A stretch of 64,000 nt of DNA from Alphaproteobacteria bacterium (GCA_009783145.1 WRHR01000004.1:3691-67690); one strand, 5' to 3'; positions 48,388 to 59,838 are shown, counted from the first letter of the stretch. Translations and numbers: made by a program. Notes: generated by a model not told the origin, from the letters alone.

Positions 48388-48669
48388 TTATTTTCTTAAG
48401 CCCAATTTCTTAATCAGGGCTTCATAGTCGGAGGGATTGCGCTTTTTGATATACGCAAGCAGCTTTTTGCGGCGGTTCACCATCAGCAGCAAGCCGCGCT
48501 TGGAATGCTGGTCCTTGTGATTCAGCTTCATATGCTCGGTCAGGTTCTTGATGCGTTCCGTCAGAATCGCGACCTGGGCCTCCACCGACCCGCCGTTGTC
48601 TTTTTCCGATGCCTTGTGCTCGGAAATGACCTTCGACTTGATTGTTTTTATAAAAGTTTTAATCGACAT
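48388..48669 (-). CDS. rpsO: 30S ribosomal protein S15
   Basis: GSVEAQVAILTERI, HSKRGLL, LGLRK. Confidence 0.96.
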   Translation of the reverse strand: MSIKTFIKTIKSKVISEHKASEKDNGGSVEAQVAILTERIKNLTEHMKLNHKDQHSKRGLLLMVNRRKKLLAYIKKRNPSDYEALIKKLGLRK

Positions 48670-48690
48670 TTTGTTTTTCCTTTCGTAGTG

Positions 48691-48839
48691 CGAGACGCGA
48701 GACGCGAGACGCGGAGTTATATGTTTATGACACGATTTGGTTTCAATATGCAGTCTTCAATAAATCCTATGCCGATGAATTTATCGTTATGATAAACTCT
48801 CAGCAATTTCGCGTTTCGCGTTTCGCGTTTCGCGTCTCG
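48691..48839. repeat. Inverted CGAGACG arms enclosing the 3' end of truB
   Basis: x3 at 48691-48711 (intergenic) and x4-5 at 48805-48839 (in frame, [11 protein letters not shown]). Confidence 0.85.
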
Positions 48840-49601
48840 AATAAATCCGCCGTTTTGAAACAGCTTCGCGTCCGTTTCGTTCAGATTCCAAACCGGAATG
48901 TCGCCCAGTCCGAAATCAGGTGGCTGCAGATAATTGTTTATCCCAGCTCGGCCGCTATTATTAAACAAATTTTCCAAGAAATCAAGCCGCACCGCATTTT
49001 TTATATCAAAGCCGTTGGTATGCGTGCGGCGTATTGAGTCGCAAGCCGCAATAGTTTCGCATTTTGCCGCGATATCCCGCGCCAAACTGCGTATATAAGT
49101 CCCGGGGCTGCATCTGACTATGAATTTGGAATTATTTATAAATTTTAAATCATAAATCGTAATTTTTCGCGCCGGTATCTCGAAAGATTTGCCTGCGCGC
49201 GCAAGCTGATATGCGCGCCGCCCGCCCACATGCACTGCGCTGTAGCTTGGGGGAGTCTGCCAGATTTCGCCAATCAATGATTCGCAGACCGTGTGAATTT
49301 GCTTCTCGGTCGGTATATTTTCGTTCTGCTCCAGAATCTTGCCCGTAATATCGTCGGTGTCCGTACGAATGCCCCATTGAATAGAAAATTCGTATTCCTT
49401 TGTTGCGGTTTCGTCTAAATATGGAATTACTTTCGTCGCCTCGCCGAGTGCGATTACCAACAGGCCCGATGCCATAGGGTCCAAGGTTCCGACATGCCCG
49501 AAAGTTTTCGCGCCGAACATTCGCGCAATGCGCCCGCCCGCCGCGCGGGATGATATTCCGCTGGGCTTGTCCAATAAAATAAATCCGGAGCTATTCATCA
49601 C
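48717..49601 (-). CDS. truB: tRNA pseudouridine(55) synthase
   Basis: LDKPSG, GHVGTLDPMASG, PPSYSA, CSPGTYIRSL. Confidence 0.96.
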   Translation of the reverse strand: MMNSSGFILLDKPSGISSRAAGGRIARMFGAKTFGHVGTLDPMASGLLVIALGEATKVIPYLDETATKEYEFSIQWGIRTDTDDITGKILEQNENIPTEKQIHTVCESLIGEIWQTPPSYSAVHVGGRRAYQLARAGKSFEIPARKITIYDLKFINNSKFIVRCSPGTYIRSLARDIAAKCETIAACDSIRRTHTNGFDIKNAVRLDFLENLFNNSGRAGINNYLQPPDFGLGDIPVWNLNETDAKLFQNGGFIRDAKRETRNAKLLRVYHNDKFIGIGFIEDCILKPNRVINI

Positions 49602-52102
49602 CCAAACAACGACGGCTGAGTTTTTTCTTTTTCGCCGCTGCGCACGATATAAACCTTGGACAGGACTCTTTCCGGTTCGTCCGGCCCGGACGGCGTCTGA
49701 TAATTCGCCCGTCCCCCATTTTCCAATCCGACCAAAATTCTTGAAGCATTCGCGACGACGCTTTCTGGCATTCCCGCCATTTGCGCCACATGAATCCCAT
49801 AAGACCTGTTCGCGACTCCGCTTGCGATTTTATGCATGAATATGATTTCGTCGTTATGCTCGGCTACCTCTACCGTCAGGTTTTTGACGGCGTTGAATTT
49901 GAGTCCGGTCAGCTCGTGATAATGAGTCGCGAACAATGTGCGCGGCTGCAGTGTATCAAGAAATTCCAGCACCGCCTGCGCGATCGCCATCCCGTCATAA
50001 GTCGCCGTGCCGCGCCCTATCTCGTCGAAAATAATAAAGCTCTTATTCGTCGCGCGATTAAGAATGTTTGCCGTTTCCTGCATTTCAACCATGAACGTCG
50101 ATTGTCCCGCCGCCAAGTTGTCCGATGCGCCGACGCGCGAAAATAGCTGGTCGCAGATACCGATAGTCGCCTTGTCGGCAGGTATGAAAGACCCCAGGTG
50201 CGCCAAAACAACCAGTAATGCGTTCTGGCGCAGATAAGTCGATTTCCCCGCCATATTCGGCCCCGTCAGCAATGCGATCTTCTTGTCGTTCAACTCGCAG
50301 TCGTTGCGCACGAACTGATTCCCGGACTTGCGCAATACGTATTCTACGACCGGATGCCGCCCGTTTTTTACGTCGAACTCGGCGCCGCTTGTCATTGTTG
50401 GGCGAACCCATCCGTATTCTTCAGCCGCGTCCGCCAACGCAAGCCACACGTCGGCATTGGCCAGCAATTCCGCCGTCGCCAGCAAGTCGTCCGAAATATC
50501 GCGGACTTTATCAATTAGATTTGCGATGATTTGGGCTTCTATCGCCGCGGCTTTTTCCCCCGCACCCCTGACTTCGTTATCCAAATCAATCAGGCGCGCG
50601 GTGGTGAATCTCATATTGCCCGCCATTGTCTGACGATGTATAAATCCCGCTTCCGGCGTCATCAGCGCCTCGCTACGAGTATTTGGAACCTCTATATAAT
50701 ACCCCAAGATATTATTGAACTTGATCTTAAGCGTGCTCACATTCGTGGATTTGATATATTCCGCCTGCAGTGCGGCAATGGTTTCTTTGGCTCCATGCGC
50801 CATTCGGTTCATATTGTCCAGCGCGTCGTCAAATCCCGGGGCTATGATCCCCCCGTCGCGGAAAAACGCCGGCAGCGCATCCGACAGCGCTAATCGCAAT
50901 TCGAGCGCGAAGGAATCGAAAGTCTTTATATCCGCAAATTTTGCGGCCATATCCGCGTCCAGCTTTGCCCCAGTTATTTTTGCCATTGGCAGCGCGATCA
51001 GGAAATCCGACGCGGCGCGCAAATCGCGCGGCGCACCCCGCCCGCTGATGAGGCGTGTAATGCTGCGTCCCGCGTCCGGCAGGCGGACAAGTTCCGCGCA
51101 GAGGGAATGAAACACGTCGCGATTGACCAGCAGATGCGCGATATGCTCTTGACGGCGGCGAATTTCGCCTATGTCTCCGGATAGCTGGCGCAAGTATGCG
51201 CGCAGCCGTCGGCCGCCCGCCGCCGTGCGCGTCTTGTCCAATATATCCAACAGGCAATGCCCGCCGTCGTTCAGCACCGAGTCTATTTCCAGGCTTTTCC
51301 AAGTCGCGCTATCCACCAGCAACTGAAAGCCCGCGCCGAACCGATAAGGAGTGCGGAACGCGACATTCGCGCCGCGCTGGGTTTGACGCAGATAAACCGC
51401 AAGCAGCTTGTCCGCAAGAGTCGAAGAGCCCGAAAGCTGAAAAGTTGAAGATACGATTTCATCGATATCCGTGCGGTCGTATAATTTTTCATGCACCGGA
51501 GTTGTGGCGAAGGATTCGCGCAGACGCTTGATTTCGGGCGTCTCGGCGATGTTTTCCGGATAGATTATTTCCGCAGGATTAATCCGCGACATATCATCGA
51601 AAATATTTTCCGACCGGCCGACAAAAAATTCTCCCGTGGAGATATCGCAGCCGGCGAAATCGAAAGACGAATCGCTCTGCGGAGCGACCGCGACCAAGAA
51701 ATTACTCTTCTTCGGGCTCAGCAGATTATCGTCCGTCAGCGTTCCGGGAGTCATGACGCGCACCACTTTGCGCTCTATTTGCTTATTGCCGCGCGCCTTG
51801 GCCTCTTCCGGCGTTTCCATTTGTTCGGCCAATGCGACAGCGGCGCCCGTGCGCACCATTCGCGCAATATAATTTTCCGCCGCATGCCAAGGGATTCCGC
51901 ACATCGGGATGTCGCTGCCGCGCTCGTCCGTGCCGCGGTGCGTCAGAACCAGGTTCAGCGCCTTGCTTAATATTTTCGCGTCCGCGAAAAAAGCCTCGTA
52001 AAAATCGCCCAAGCGGAACAGCAGAATAGCGTCTGGATTTTCAGCCTTCATATCCAGATATTGCTGCATTATCGGGGTAAGAGTTGGTTTGTTTGTGCTC
52101 AC
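49598..52102 (-). CDS. mutS: DNA mismatch repair protein MutS
   Basis: TPIMQQY, GDFYE, TGPNMAGKST, DEIGRGT, FATHYHEL. Confidence 0.98.
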   Translation of the reverse strand: MSTNKPTLTPIMQQYLDMKAENPDAILLFRLGDFYEAFFADAKILSKALNLVLTHRGTDERGSDIPMCGIPWHAAENYIARMVRTGAAVALAEQMETPEEAKARGNKQIERKVVRVMTPGTLTDDNLLSPKKSNFLVAVAPQSDSSFDFAGCDISTGEFFVGRSENIFDDMSRINPAEIIYPENIAETPEIKRLRESFATTPVHEKLYDRTDIDEIVSSTFQLSGSSTLADKLLAVYLRQTQRGANVAFRTPYRFGAGFQLLVDSATWKSLEIDSVLNDGGHCLLDILDKTRTAAGGRRLRAYLRQLSGDIGEIRRRQEHIAHLLVNRDVFHSLCAELVRLPDAGRSITRLISGRGAPRDLRAASDFLIALPMAKITGAKLDADMAAKFADIKTFDSFALELRLALSDALPAFFRDGGIIAPGFDDALDNMNRMAHGAKETIAALQAEYIKSTNVSTLKIKFNNILGYYIEVPNTRSEALMTPEAGFIHRQTMAGNMRFTTARLIDLDNEVRGAGEKAAAIEAQIIANLIDKVRDISDDLLATAELLANADVWLALADAAEEYGWVRPTMTSGAEFDVKNGRHPVVEYVLRKSGNQFVRNDCELNDKKIALLTGPNMAGKSTYLRQNALLVVLAHLGSFIPADKATIGICDQLFSRVGASDNLAAGQSTFMVEMQETANILNRATNKSFIIFDEIGRGTATYDGMAIAQAVLEFLDTLQPRTLFATHYHELTGLKFNAVKNLTVEVAEHNDEIIFMHKIASGVANRSYGIHVAQMAGMPESVVANASRILVGLENGGRANYQTPSGPDEPERVLSKVYIVRSGEKEKTQPSLFG

Positions 52103-52115
52103 TTCGTTCGCTCAA

Positions 52116-52240
52116 AATCGTAAATCGTTAGTCGTGAATCGTCAATCGTGGTTGTTGCAACAACATAAGTTGTCCTTTATAAAGGACAATGTTAATTGTC
52201 GCACTTTTTCGATTCACGACTAACGACTAACGATTCACGA
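52116..52240. repeat. Inverted ARTCGTN arms enclosing the 3' end of xseB
   Basis: x5 at 52116-52150 and x4 at 52210-52240; the spacer holds two small palindromes. Confidence 0.85.
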
Positions 52241-52422
52241 ACATTTATAGTTTCTATTTTCAGCTCGGCCTCTTTGAGCAGCTGCTCGCAATAAGCTTTC
52301 AGCTTCATGCCGGTTTCGTATGCTTTGACCGAGTCCGCAAGCGGCATCGTCCCAGATTCCATTTTTTTAACCAAATCGGTCAGCTGCTTGTAGGCGTCTT
52401 CAAATGATAATTTTTCTTCCAT
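52192..52422 (-). CDS. xseB: Exodeoxyribonuclease VII small subunit
   Basis: LSFEDA..L..LV..MESG.MPL..S...YE.G..L...C...L..AE.KI. Confidence 0.95.
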   Translation of the reverse strand: MEEKLSFEDAYKQLTDLVKKMESGTMPLADSVKAYETGMKLKAYCEQLLKEAELKIETINVRESLVVSRESKKCDN

Positions 52423-52536
52423 GATAAAAATCCTTTTGCAGAAAAATACAAAATAAAAAACGAAAATGCAAATTTATAAATAAAACCCCAATAAATCGGG
52501 GAGTAAAAAACTAGAAGCCAGCGGCAGTGCGCCGCA

Positions 52537-52561
52537 AAAAATCCGGCGGCGCCGGATTTTT
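52537..52561. terminator. Terminator hairpin
   Basis: aaaaatccggc ggc gccggattttt. Confidence 0.8.
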
Positions 52562-52976
52562 ATCTCTTGTTTATTTGGTCGTAATAATCAAGCTGTTGTT
52601 TCAGAACGTCCATTGGCAAGCAAATGCTGTTGAGAGGATCTGAATCAATGGCAAGAATAGCTTCTTGTGGATTGCCGCTGCGGCTGATATGCTTTTTCGT
52701 GTCAAAATATTGTTGGGACATGTCTGCATGAAAAGCAACAGCGGAAGAAGGAATGAATCCGTTTTGTGGGAGCGCGCCGTGGGCAACGATTACACCAATA
52801 TGGCACTTAATAATATTCGGATTCATAAAGTCAATAAAATCTGATTTATCAATACTTATCTTTGTCGTATTATATGAAATGCAAATAAAAGCTTTATCAA
52901 TTTCAAAATTTGCCAGGAACTTTACGCTGCGCTGCCAAATAATGGTTGAAAATTTAACAATTTTTTCTTTTGCCAT
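52560..52976 (-). CDS. Hypothetical protein
   Basis: AT-rich ORF with GAGG RBS. Confidence 0.6.
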   Translation of the reverse strand: MAKEKIVKFSTIIWQRSVKFLANFEIDKAFICISYNTTKISIDKSDFIDFMNPNIIKCHIGVIVAHGALPQNGFIPSSAVAFHADMSQQYFDTKKHISRSGNPQEAILAIDSDPLNSICLPMDVLKQQLDYYDQINKR

Positions 52977-53030
52977 ATCGAACCTCTTTTGGTGGTTAGA
53001 ATACAACAAAACAAGCATTTGTCAATGATT

Positions 53031-54481
<1,451 letters not shown>

Positions 54482-54501
<20 letters not shown>

Positions 54502-54550
54502 CAATTATCGGGGAGTTTAATCGCTAATTGATAATTGCTAATTGATAATT
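54482..54550. repeat. Inverted AATTAGC/TAATTGC pair filling the rnpA-yidD junction
   Basis: Loop ggggagtt; contains the rnpA TAG. Confidence 0.9.
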
Positions 54551-54552
54551 AA

Positions 54553-54777
54553 ATGAAGCAAATTCTATTATTCTTAATAAAGCTCTATCAGTATGGGATA
54601 TCGCCCATGATGGGGTCGCGATGCCGTTTTTTCCCGTCTTGCAGTGTGTACGCGAAGCAAGCAATCGAAAAATACGGTGCTTGGCGGGGCGCATGGATGG
54701 CGATCAAAAGAATTTCCCGCTGCCGCCCGGGCGCAGGATTCGGGTACGACCCTGTGCCGGCTTCGCCGGCAGAGTAA
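54553..54777 (+). CDS. yidD: Membrane protein insertion efficiency factor YidD
   Basis: YQ..ISP, CRFFPSCSVY, RISRC.P...GYDPVP. Confidence 0.95.
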   Translation: MKQILLFLIKLYQYGISPMMGSRCRFFPSCSVYAKQAIEKYGAWRGAWMAIKRISRCRPGAGFGYDPVPASPAE

Positions 54778-54892
54778 AGATTTTGCTTCGCAAAATCAGA
54801 GTAAGAGAGTAGGAGAGTTATAGATGTTTTCCACTCTCTTACTCTTCTACTCTGCGAGCGAAGCGAGTGAATACTCTGTGCGCATAGCGCAC
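54771..54892. repeat. Inverted octamer array with nested hairpins
   Basis: agagtaaa[gattttgc ttc gcaaaatc]agagtaag agagtagg agagttat ... ccactctc ttactctt ctactct. Confidence 0.8.
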
Positions 54893-54956
54893 ATTTGACT
54901 TTTGCCCTTGTTAAGACTACAATTCAAGTCCAGTTTAATTTAACTAAGGATTTTTT

Positions 54957-55406
54957 ATGTCATTTCGTTCAACAGTGAAAGCCATGACGAAGATTATGGA
55001 TGAAATGGGCCTCACTGAACTTGATTTGGAACGCCAATTTTTATTCGGCATTTACCGCAAACATATTCATCTGTCGCGCCAAGGGGCGGTTACTGTCGCG
55101 GCGCCGACATTTGCGGCGGCGCCGTTATCCAGGGCTTCTTGCGATGTTTCTGAAAACCCGGCGGTGTGCCGTGCAAATGCCGTGCGCAGTCCCATGGTCG
55201 GGGTCGCGTACCTTTCGCCGGAACCCGGCGCAAAACCGTTTTGCGAGGTCGGCGCGAAAGTCAAATCCTTTGAGACGGTCTGCTTGATAGAGGCTATGAA
55301 GACTTTCAATCCGGTAAAGGCCGATAAAGACGGAACCGTGAAAGAAATTCTTATCCAAGACGGCCAGGCGGTGGAGTTCGATACTCCGCTGATGGTGATT
55401 GAATAA
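54957..55406 (+). CDS. accB: Biotin carboxyl carrier protein
   Basis: SPMVG, EAMK. Confidence 0.95.
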   Translation: MSFRSTVKAMTKIMDEMGLTELDLERQFLFGIYRKHIHLSRQGAVTVAAPTFAAAPLSRASCDVSENPAVCRANAVRSPMVGVAYLSPEPGAKPFCEVGAKVKSFETVCLIEAMKTFNPVKADKDGTVKEILIQDGQAVEFDTPLMVIE

Positions 55407-55459
55407 ATTTACGATTTACGATTTGTTGGGAGTGAAATCGTAAATCGTAAATCGTAAAT
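55407..55459. repeat. Inverted ATTTACG/AAATCGT pair, loop GTTGGGAGTG, filling the accB-accC spacer
   Basis: 2 + 3 perfect units. Confidence 0.9.
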
Positions 55460-55463
55460 TATT

Positions 55464-56816
55464 ATGTCTGCAATAAAGAAAATTTTAATAGCAAATCGCG
55501 GGGAAATAGCGCTGCGAATTATACGCGCTTGCCGCGATATGGGCATCCGCACGGTGGCAGTGTATTCTGTTGCCGATCGCGCGGCATCGCATGTTCATCT
55601 GGCGGACGAATCGGTCTGCATCGGCCCCGCACCGGCGCGGGATTCTTACCTTAACGAATCGGCGATTATAACGGCGGCATTGCTGACTAATTGCGACGCG
55701 ATTCACCCAGGATATGGCTTTTTATCGGAACGCGCGGGCTTTGTGGAAAAAGTTGAATCTTTGGGACTCATATGGATAGGCCCCAGCGCGAAATTAATCG
55801 CGAAAATGGGCGACAAGGTAGAAGCCAAGAAGACCGCGATTAAATGCGGCCTGCCGATTGTGCCCGGCAGTGACGGTGCGGTGGATACGCTGGAAAGCGC
55901 GTTGTCTTGGGCCGAGAAAATCGGATATCCGGTAATGTTAAAGGCGGCCGCAGGCGGAGGCGGCAAAGGCATGCGCCCGGTGATGAGCGCATCCGAAATG
56001 GCCGAAGCGTTCCAGATGACAAAGGCGGAATCGCGCGCGGGCTTTGGCGACGATACGCTTTACATGGAAAAGCTGCTGCTTCACCCGCGGCATATAGAGT
56101 TTCAAGTCCTGGCTGACCAGCATGGGGGCGTTGTGATCTTCGGAGAGCGCGACTGCAGCTTGCAGCGGAAAAATCAGAAAGTAATGGAAGAATGCCCCGC
56201 CGCGGCGCTTACGCAAAAACAGCGCGACGATATGATAGAAATCTGTCGCGCGGCGGTTAAAAAAATGGGTTACACGAACGCCGGTACGCTGGAGTTCATG
56301 TTCGAAGACGGACAGTTTTATTTTCTGGAGATGAACACCAGGCTGCAGGTGGAGCATCCGGTTACCGAAATGGTATACGGCGTTGATCTTGTGCGAGAAC
56401 AGATTCGCATCGCGCAGGGAGAAAAGCTGGGCTATAACCAAGGCAATCTGGTGCCCAACGGCCATGCGATAGAGTTCAGAATCAATGCCGAAGACCCCGA
56501 GACTTTCGTTCCGAACCCGGGTAAAGTAACGGCTTATAATCCCCCCGGGGGTCTGGGCATACGGATAGATTCGGCGATGTACGCGGGATATTCCGTGCCC
56601 CCGACTTATGATTCGCTGATTGCGAAATTAATAGTCTGGGCGCCGAATCGCACGGCATGCCTGCTGCGCGCGCAAAGGGCATTGGACGAGTTTGTCATAG
56701 AAGGCGTGAAAACCACGATCCCGTTGCAACAAAAGTTATTGCAGAACAAGGATGTGAAGACCTTGAATTATGACAACCATTGGCTGGAAACGTTTCTTGC
56801 CGAAAGCAAAAAATAA
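55464..56816 (+). CDS. accC: Biotin carboxylase
   Basis: ANRGEIA, HPGYGFLSE, GGGGKGM, EMNTRLQVEH. Confidence 0.98.
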   Translation: MSAIKKILIANRGEIALRIIRACRDMGIRTVAVYSVADRAASHVHLADESVCIGPAPARDSYLNESAIITAALLTNCDAIHPGYGFLSERAGFVEKVESLGLIWIGPSAKLIAKMGDKVEAKKTAIKCGLPIVPGSDGAVDTLESALSWAEKIGYPVMLKAAAGGGGKGMRPVMSASEMAEAFQMTKAESRAGFGDDTLYMEKLLLHPRHIEFQVLADQHGGVVIFGERDCSLQRKNQKVMEECPAAALTQKQRDDMIEICRAAVKKMGYTNAGTLEFMFEDGQFYFLEMNTRLQVEHPVTEMVYGVDLVREQIRIAQGEKLGYNQGNLVPNGHAIEFRINAEDPETFVPNPGKVTAYNPPGGLGIRIDSAMYAGYSVPPTYDSLIAKLIVWAPNRTACLLRAQRALDEFVIEGVKTTIPLQQKLLQNKDVKTLNYDNHWLETFLAESKK

Positions 56817-56842
56817 AACCGCCCAACAGGCGGATTTATTTT
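56811..56842. terminator. Bidirectional terminator between accC and infC
   Basis: aaaataaaaccgcc caaca ggcggatttatttt. Confidence 0.75.
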
Positions 56843-57384
56843 ACCGGGGCAACAATTATCGACTTCGTTCTTTCGTCCGGCTTGGATTTGGATTCCAGAA
56901 TGCCGCGGTCGCCTATCAATGCGATGACCTTCTCGAACAGAATCGGCACCGCGTCGCGCCCGCGCGCAAGCACTTTCTTGCTGCCGCGCGTCATGACCGA
57001 GATCTTCACCTTGTCGCCGTCTGCTAAAAATTCCAGGACTTTCTTCAGCTTGATGTTCAGGTCGTTTTCCTCGATGAATGGTTTTATCCAGACTTCGCGC
57101 AATTCGTTTGCTTTTTGATTTTTGCGCGCTTCGGCCGCCTTCTTTTTCTGCTCGTACTTGAACTTTCCATAGTCCATAATCTTTACGATTGGCGGAACGC
57201 CCGCCGCGTTGATTTCGACCAAATCCATATCTTCGTCCATAGCCATCTGCAATGCTTGGGGAGTAGGCATAACGCCAAGATTCTGGCCGCTTGCGGAAAT
57301 CACTTGGACGCTTTTGGCGAATATTTTATTGTTCATACGGGGCCCGGTGTCCCGACGGTTATCACGGTTGAATGTAGGTTTAAT
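56836..57384 (-). CDS. infC: Translation initiation factor IF-3, ATT start
   Basis: DLVEI...PPIVKIMDYGKFKYE; in-frame ATT at 57384, 6 nt after AAGGAG. Confidence 0.92.
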   Translation of the reverse strand: MKPTFNRDNRRDTGPRMNNKIFAKSVQVISASGQNLGVMPTPQALQMAMDEDMDLVEINAAGVPPIVKIMDYGKFKYEQKKKAAEARKNQKANELREVWIKPFIEENDLNIKLKKVLEFLADGDKVKISVMTRGSKKVLARGRDAVPILFEKVIALIGDRGILESKSKPDERTKSIIVAPVK

Positions 57385-57396
57385 AGGTGTCTCCTT

Positions 57397-57431
57397 TTAG
57401 TCATTAGTCATTAGTCATTAGTCATTAGTCA
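57397..57431. repeat. (TTAGTCA)x5 perfect array abutting the infC RBS
   Basis: Five perfect units. Confidence 0.92.
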
Positions 57432-57476
57432 TTACAGACAAACAACCGAGACAACGACCTTTAATCGGATTATTAA

Positions 57477-58193
57477 CTATTTTTCCAAGACTTTCAATAA
57501 TTTTTGCAGTTCTTCCCAAGCAGCGCGTTTTGCATCCGGTTTTAACAAGAGGTAATTTGGGTGAGGTATTGAAAAAATTGCTAATTGATAATTGCTAATT
57601 GCTAATTGTTTGGCAGCCAGCGTGCCCAGCGTAAGTATTGCGCGCGGCGCGGTCAGCTCTATCGCGCGATTAACGAACGGCTCTGCGATTGCAAGTTCCT
57701 CGTCAGTCGGCGTGCGTCCGCCTGGCGGACGCCAGAATACAACCGGGCATATTGCGGCCGCGTCGCGGGATAATCCTATGGCGCCCATCATCTTATAGAA
57801 CAATTCGCCGGGCGCGCCGGATAGAATCCGTCCCGATTCCTCATCGTCGGACGACGGCGCGTCTGTGAGTATCAGCAACTTTTCGCCCGTCTGCGGCAGC
57901 ACCGTATTCTTGGCGAACATTTTCAAGGGATGGGGAAACTCGGCAATAGCGGCGTGCAGCGCATCCATATCCTCGGCCTTGTTTGCAGCATTGGCGGCAT
58001 CCCTTGCGGCCGAGTTTGCATTTGTGGGAGGATGCGGCGGCACGGTGACGGAATTGCCAGAAATCGCGGATGATTTTGTTTTCGCCGGGCGTTCTATTGC
58101 CGGCCCTTTATTATCTGTGTTCTGTGCTCTGTGTTCTGATAGCTCCCATTTCACCCCAGCCAGGTCCAGATCGCGCAATGATTGTATTCCCAT
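57477..58193 (-). CDS. Uracil-DNA glycosylase family 4-like protein
   Basis: WRPPGGRTP, LTLG..A, HPNYLL..P..K..AW. Confidence 0.85.
   Translation of the reverse strand: MGIQSLRDLDLAGVKWELSEHRAQNTDNKGPAIERPAKTKSSAISGNSVTVPPHPPTNANSAARDAANAANKAEDMDALHAAIAEFPHPLKMFAKNTVLPQTGEKLLILTDAPSSDDEESGRILSGAPGELFYKMMGAIGLSRDAAAICPVVFWRPPGGRTPTDEELAIAEPFVNRAIELTAPRAILTLGTLAAKQLAISNYQLAIFSIPHPNYLLLKPDAKRAAWEELQKLLKVLEK
57576..57610 (-). repeat. In-frame (AATTGCT)x5 array in the UDG gene
   Basis: Encodes QLAISNYQLAI. Confidence 0.88.
58114..58138 (-). repeat. In-frame (TCTGTGY)x3 array in the UDG gene
   Basis: Encodes EHRAQNTD. Confidence 0.75.
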
Positions 58194-58282
58194 AAAATCC
58201 CCCGAATTAACTTTTCCTTGATTTGTCGCATAATTTGGTATAAAATAAACACTGAACCAAAAAAATACAAGGGAGTATTTTC

Positions 58283-58702
58283 ATGAAAATGCAAAAATTT
58301 ATTATGCTGGCCGGAATCGCAGCGATGCTGGCGGCTTGCGGCGGGTCCAACAAAATCGTTGAGCCGGCCGATCTGAACGAACAAAGGGTATTCTTCGCGT
58401 TCGATAAGTCGGATATCTCCGAAGACGCGCGCAACAACCTGCTGGGCCAGTCGTTGTACATGAAGAACCACAAAGACACCAAGATCAAGCTCGAAGGTCA
58501 CTGCGACGAACGCGGAACCATCGAATATAACCTTGCGCTGGGCGCGCGTCGCGCGAACGCGGCAAAGGCCGTGATGGTTAAAGACGGCGTGGATGCAAAG
58601 CGCATCGACACCATCTCTTATGGCAAGGAGCGTCCGTGGAAGTTGGGCTCTGGCGAAGCGGTTTGGATGTACAACCGTAACGCGACCACAGTCGTTCAAT
58701 AA
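58283..58702 (+). CDS. pal: Peptidoglycan-associated lipoprotein Pal
   Basis: Lipobox LAAC, EGHCDERGT.EYNLALG.RRA, SYGKERP. Confidence 0.95.
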   Translation: MKMQKFIMLAGIAAMLAACGGSNKIVEPADLNEQRVFFAFDKSDISEDARNNLLGQSLYMKNHKDTKIKLEGHCDERGTIEYNLALGARRANAAKAVMVKDGVDAKRIDTISYGKERPWKLGSGEAVWMYNRNATTVVQ

Positions 58703-58704
58703 AG

Positions 58705-58730
58705 AATCCGGCGAAAGCCGGATTTTTTAT
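58705..58730 (+). terminator. Terminator after pal
   Basis: aatccggc gaaa gccggatt followed by a T tract. Confidence 0.85.
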
Positions 58731-58773
58731 TCTTTATTTGCAATCCGCCGCTTCGGCGATTATACTCCCATTT

Positions 58774-59838
58774 ATGAAGATTATAGACAGGTATCTGTCG
58801 CGGCAGATCGCCTTGTTTTTTGCGATGTTGCTGCTGGTCCTGACCGGACTGGCTTGGATGCTGCAGATATTATCCATGCTGCGGCTTTTGATTCAATATA
58901 ACGTAAGCATCGGCGGGTTCTTGGGTCTGACTATGATGATGATTCCCTTTATAGCGATGCTGATAATTCCGTTCGCTGTTTTCATTTCCACAATGTTTGT
59001 TTTCAACCGCATGATCGCGGACAGGGAAATCACGGTCATGATGGGAGCCGGCCTGTCGCCCGCGCGCGTTGCAAAACCCGCGATGGCGTTTGCGGGCATT
59101 ATGACGGCGCTGCATTTGGTTCTGGGTATTTGGATGGTGCCCGCCACCCAGGAGAAATTCTATAAAAAACAATGGGAAATGAGATACGGCTTGGCGCATC
59201 TTGCGCTGCAGGAGGCTTCGTTCAACCAGTTGGCGGATGGCTTGGTAGTATTTGTAAACAAGGTCAATGACCGCGACGTTTCCGGACTGATGCTGTTCGA
59301 CAACCGCAATCCTAAAAACCAGTTGGTAGCGCTGGCGGAAAAGGGAAAGCTGGTCTCCACGGTGCGCGGCATGTCCATAGTAATGGCGAACGGGTCGGTT
59401 CAATCTTTGGGCGAGACATTTGTTTTGGGTACGTTTGATTCGTTCGATATGGATATGAACATTTCGGATAAACAAATAAAGTTCTCGTTTAAAACTCGCA
59501 GGATTTCGACGCCCCAACTGATTGCTGACGCGCAGAGTCCCGAGCTATTCAAGAAATCTGAATATAAGATGCTGATTTCCGAGCTAGCAAACCGCTTCCT
59601 GATGCCGTTTATGAATCTGATGCTGATATTAATAGCAGCGGTCGTGCTGCTGCGGACTTCGCTTTTGCGACGCAGAATAAGTATAGCGCCGTTTATTGCG
59701 ACCTTGGGCATGGGCGCAAGCATGGGCTTGTTTATGACTTTTTCCGGAATTATAGGGTCATTCGGAGAGCTTGCAATCTTAGCAGGCGCCCAATTCATCA
59801 TAACCGCCGCGCTGGCTTTTGTTCTATTGAGAAAATGA
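58774..59838 (+). CDS. LptF/LptG family LPS export permease
   Basis: IIDRYL, DREITVM..AGLS, six TM segments; precedes lptD. Confidence 0.88.
   Translation: MKIIDRYLSRQIALFFAMLLLVLTGLAWMLQILSMLRLLIQYNVSIGGFLGLTMMMIPFIAMLIIPFAVFISTMFVFNRMIADREITVMMGAGLSPARVAKPAMAFAGIMTALHLVLGIWMVPATQEKFYKKQWEMRYGLAHLALQEASFNQLADGLVVFVNKVNDRDVSGLMLFDNRNPKNQLVALAEKGKLVSTVRGMSIVMANGSVQSLGETFVLGTFDSFDMDMNISDKQIKFSFKTRRISTPQLIADAQSPELFKKSEYKMLISELANRFLMPFMNLMLILIAAVVLLRTSLLRRRISIAPFIATLGMGASMGLFMTFSGIIGSFGELAILAGAQFIITAALAFVLLRK

Noticed and set aside
49143..49163. aaatcat aaatcgt in truB
   Set aside because: Only 2-3 units, and it encodes a TruB-typical ITIYDL segment.
51416..51455. Degenerate 8-bp periodicity in mutS (aagagtcg aagagccc gaaagctg aaaagttg)
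   Set aside because: Too degenerate to call without an alignment. It could be an old octamer array.
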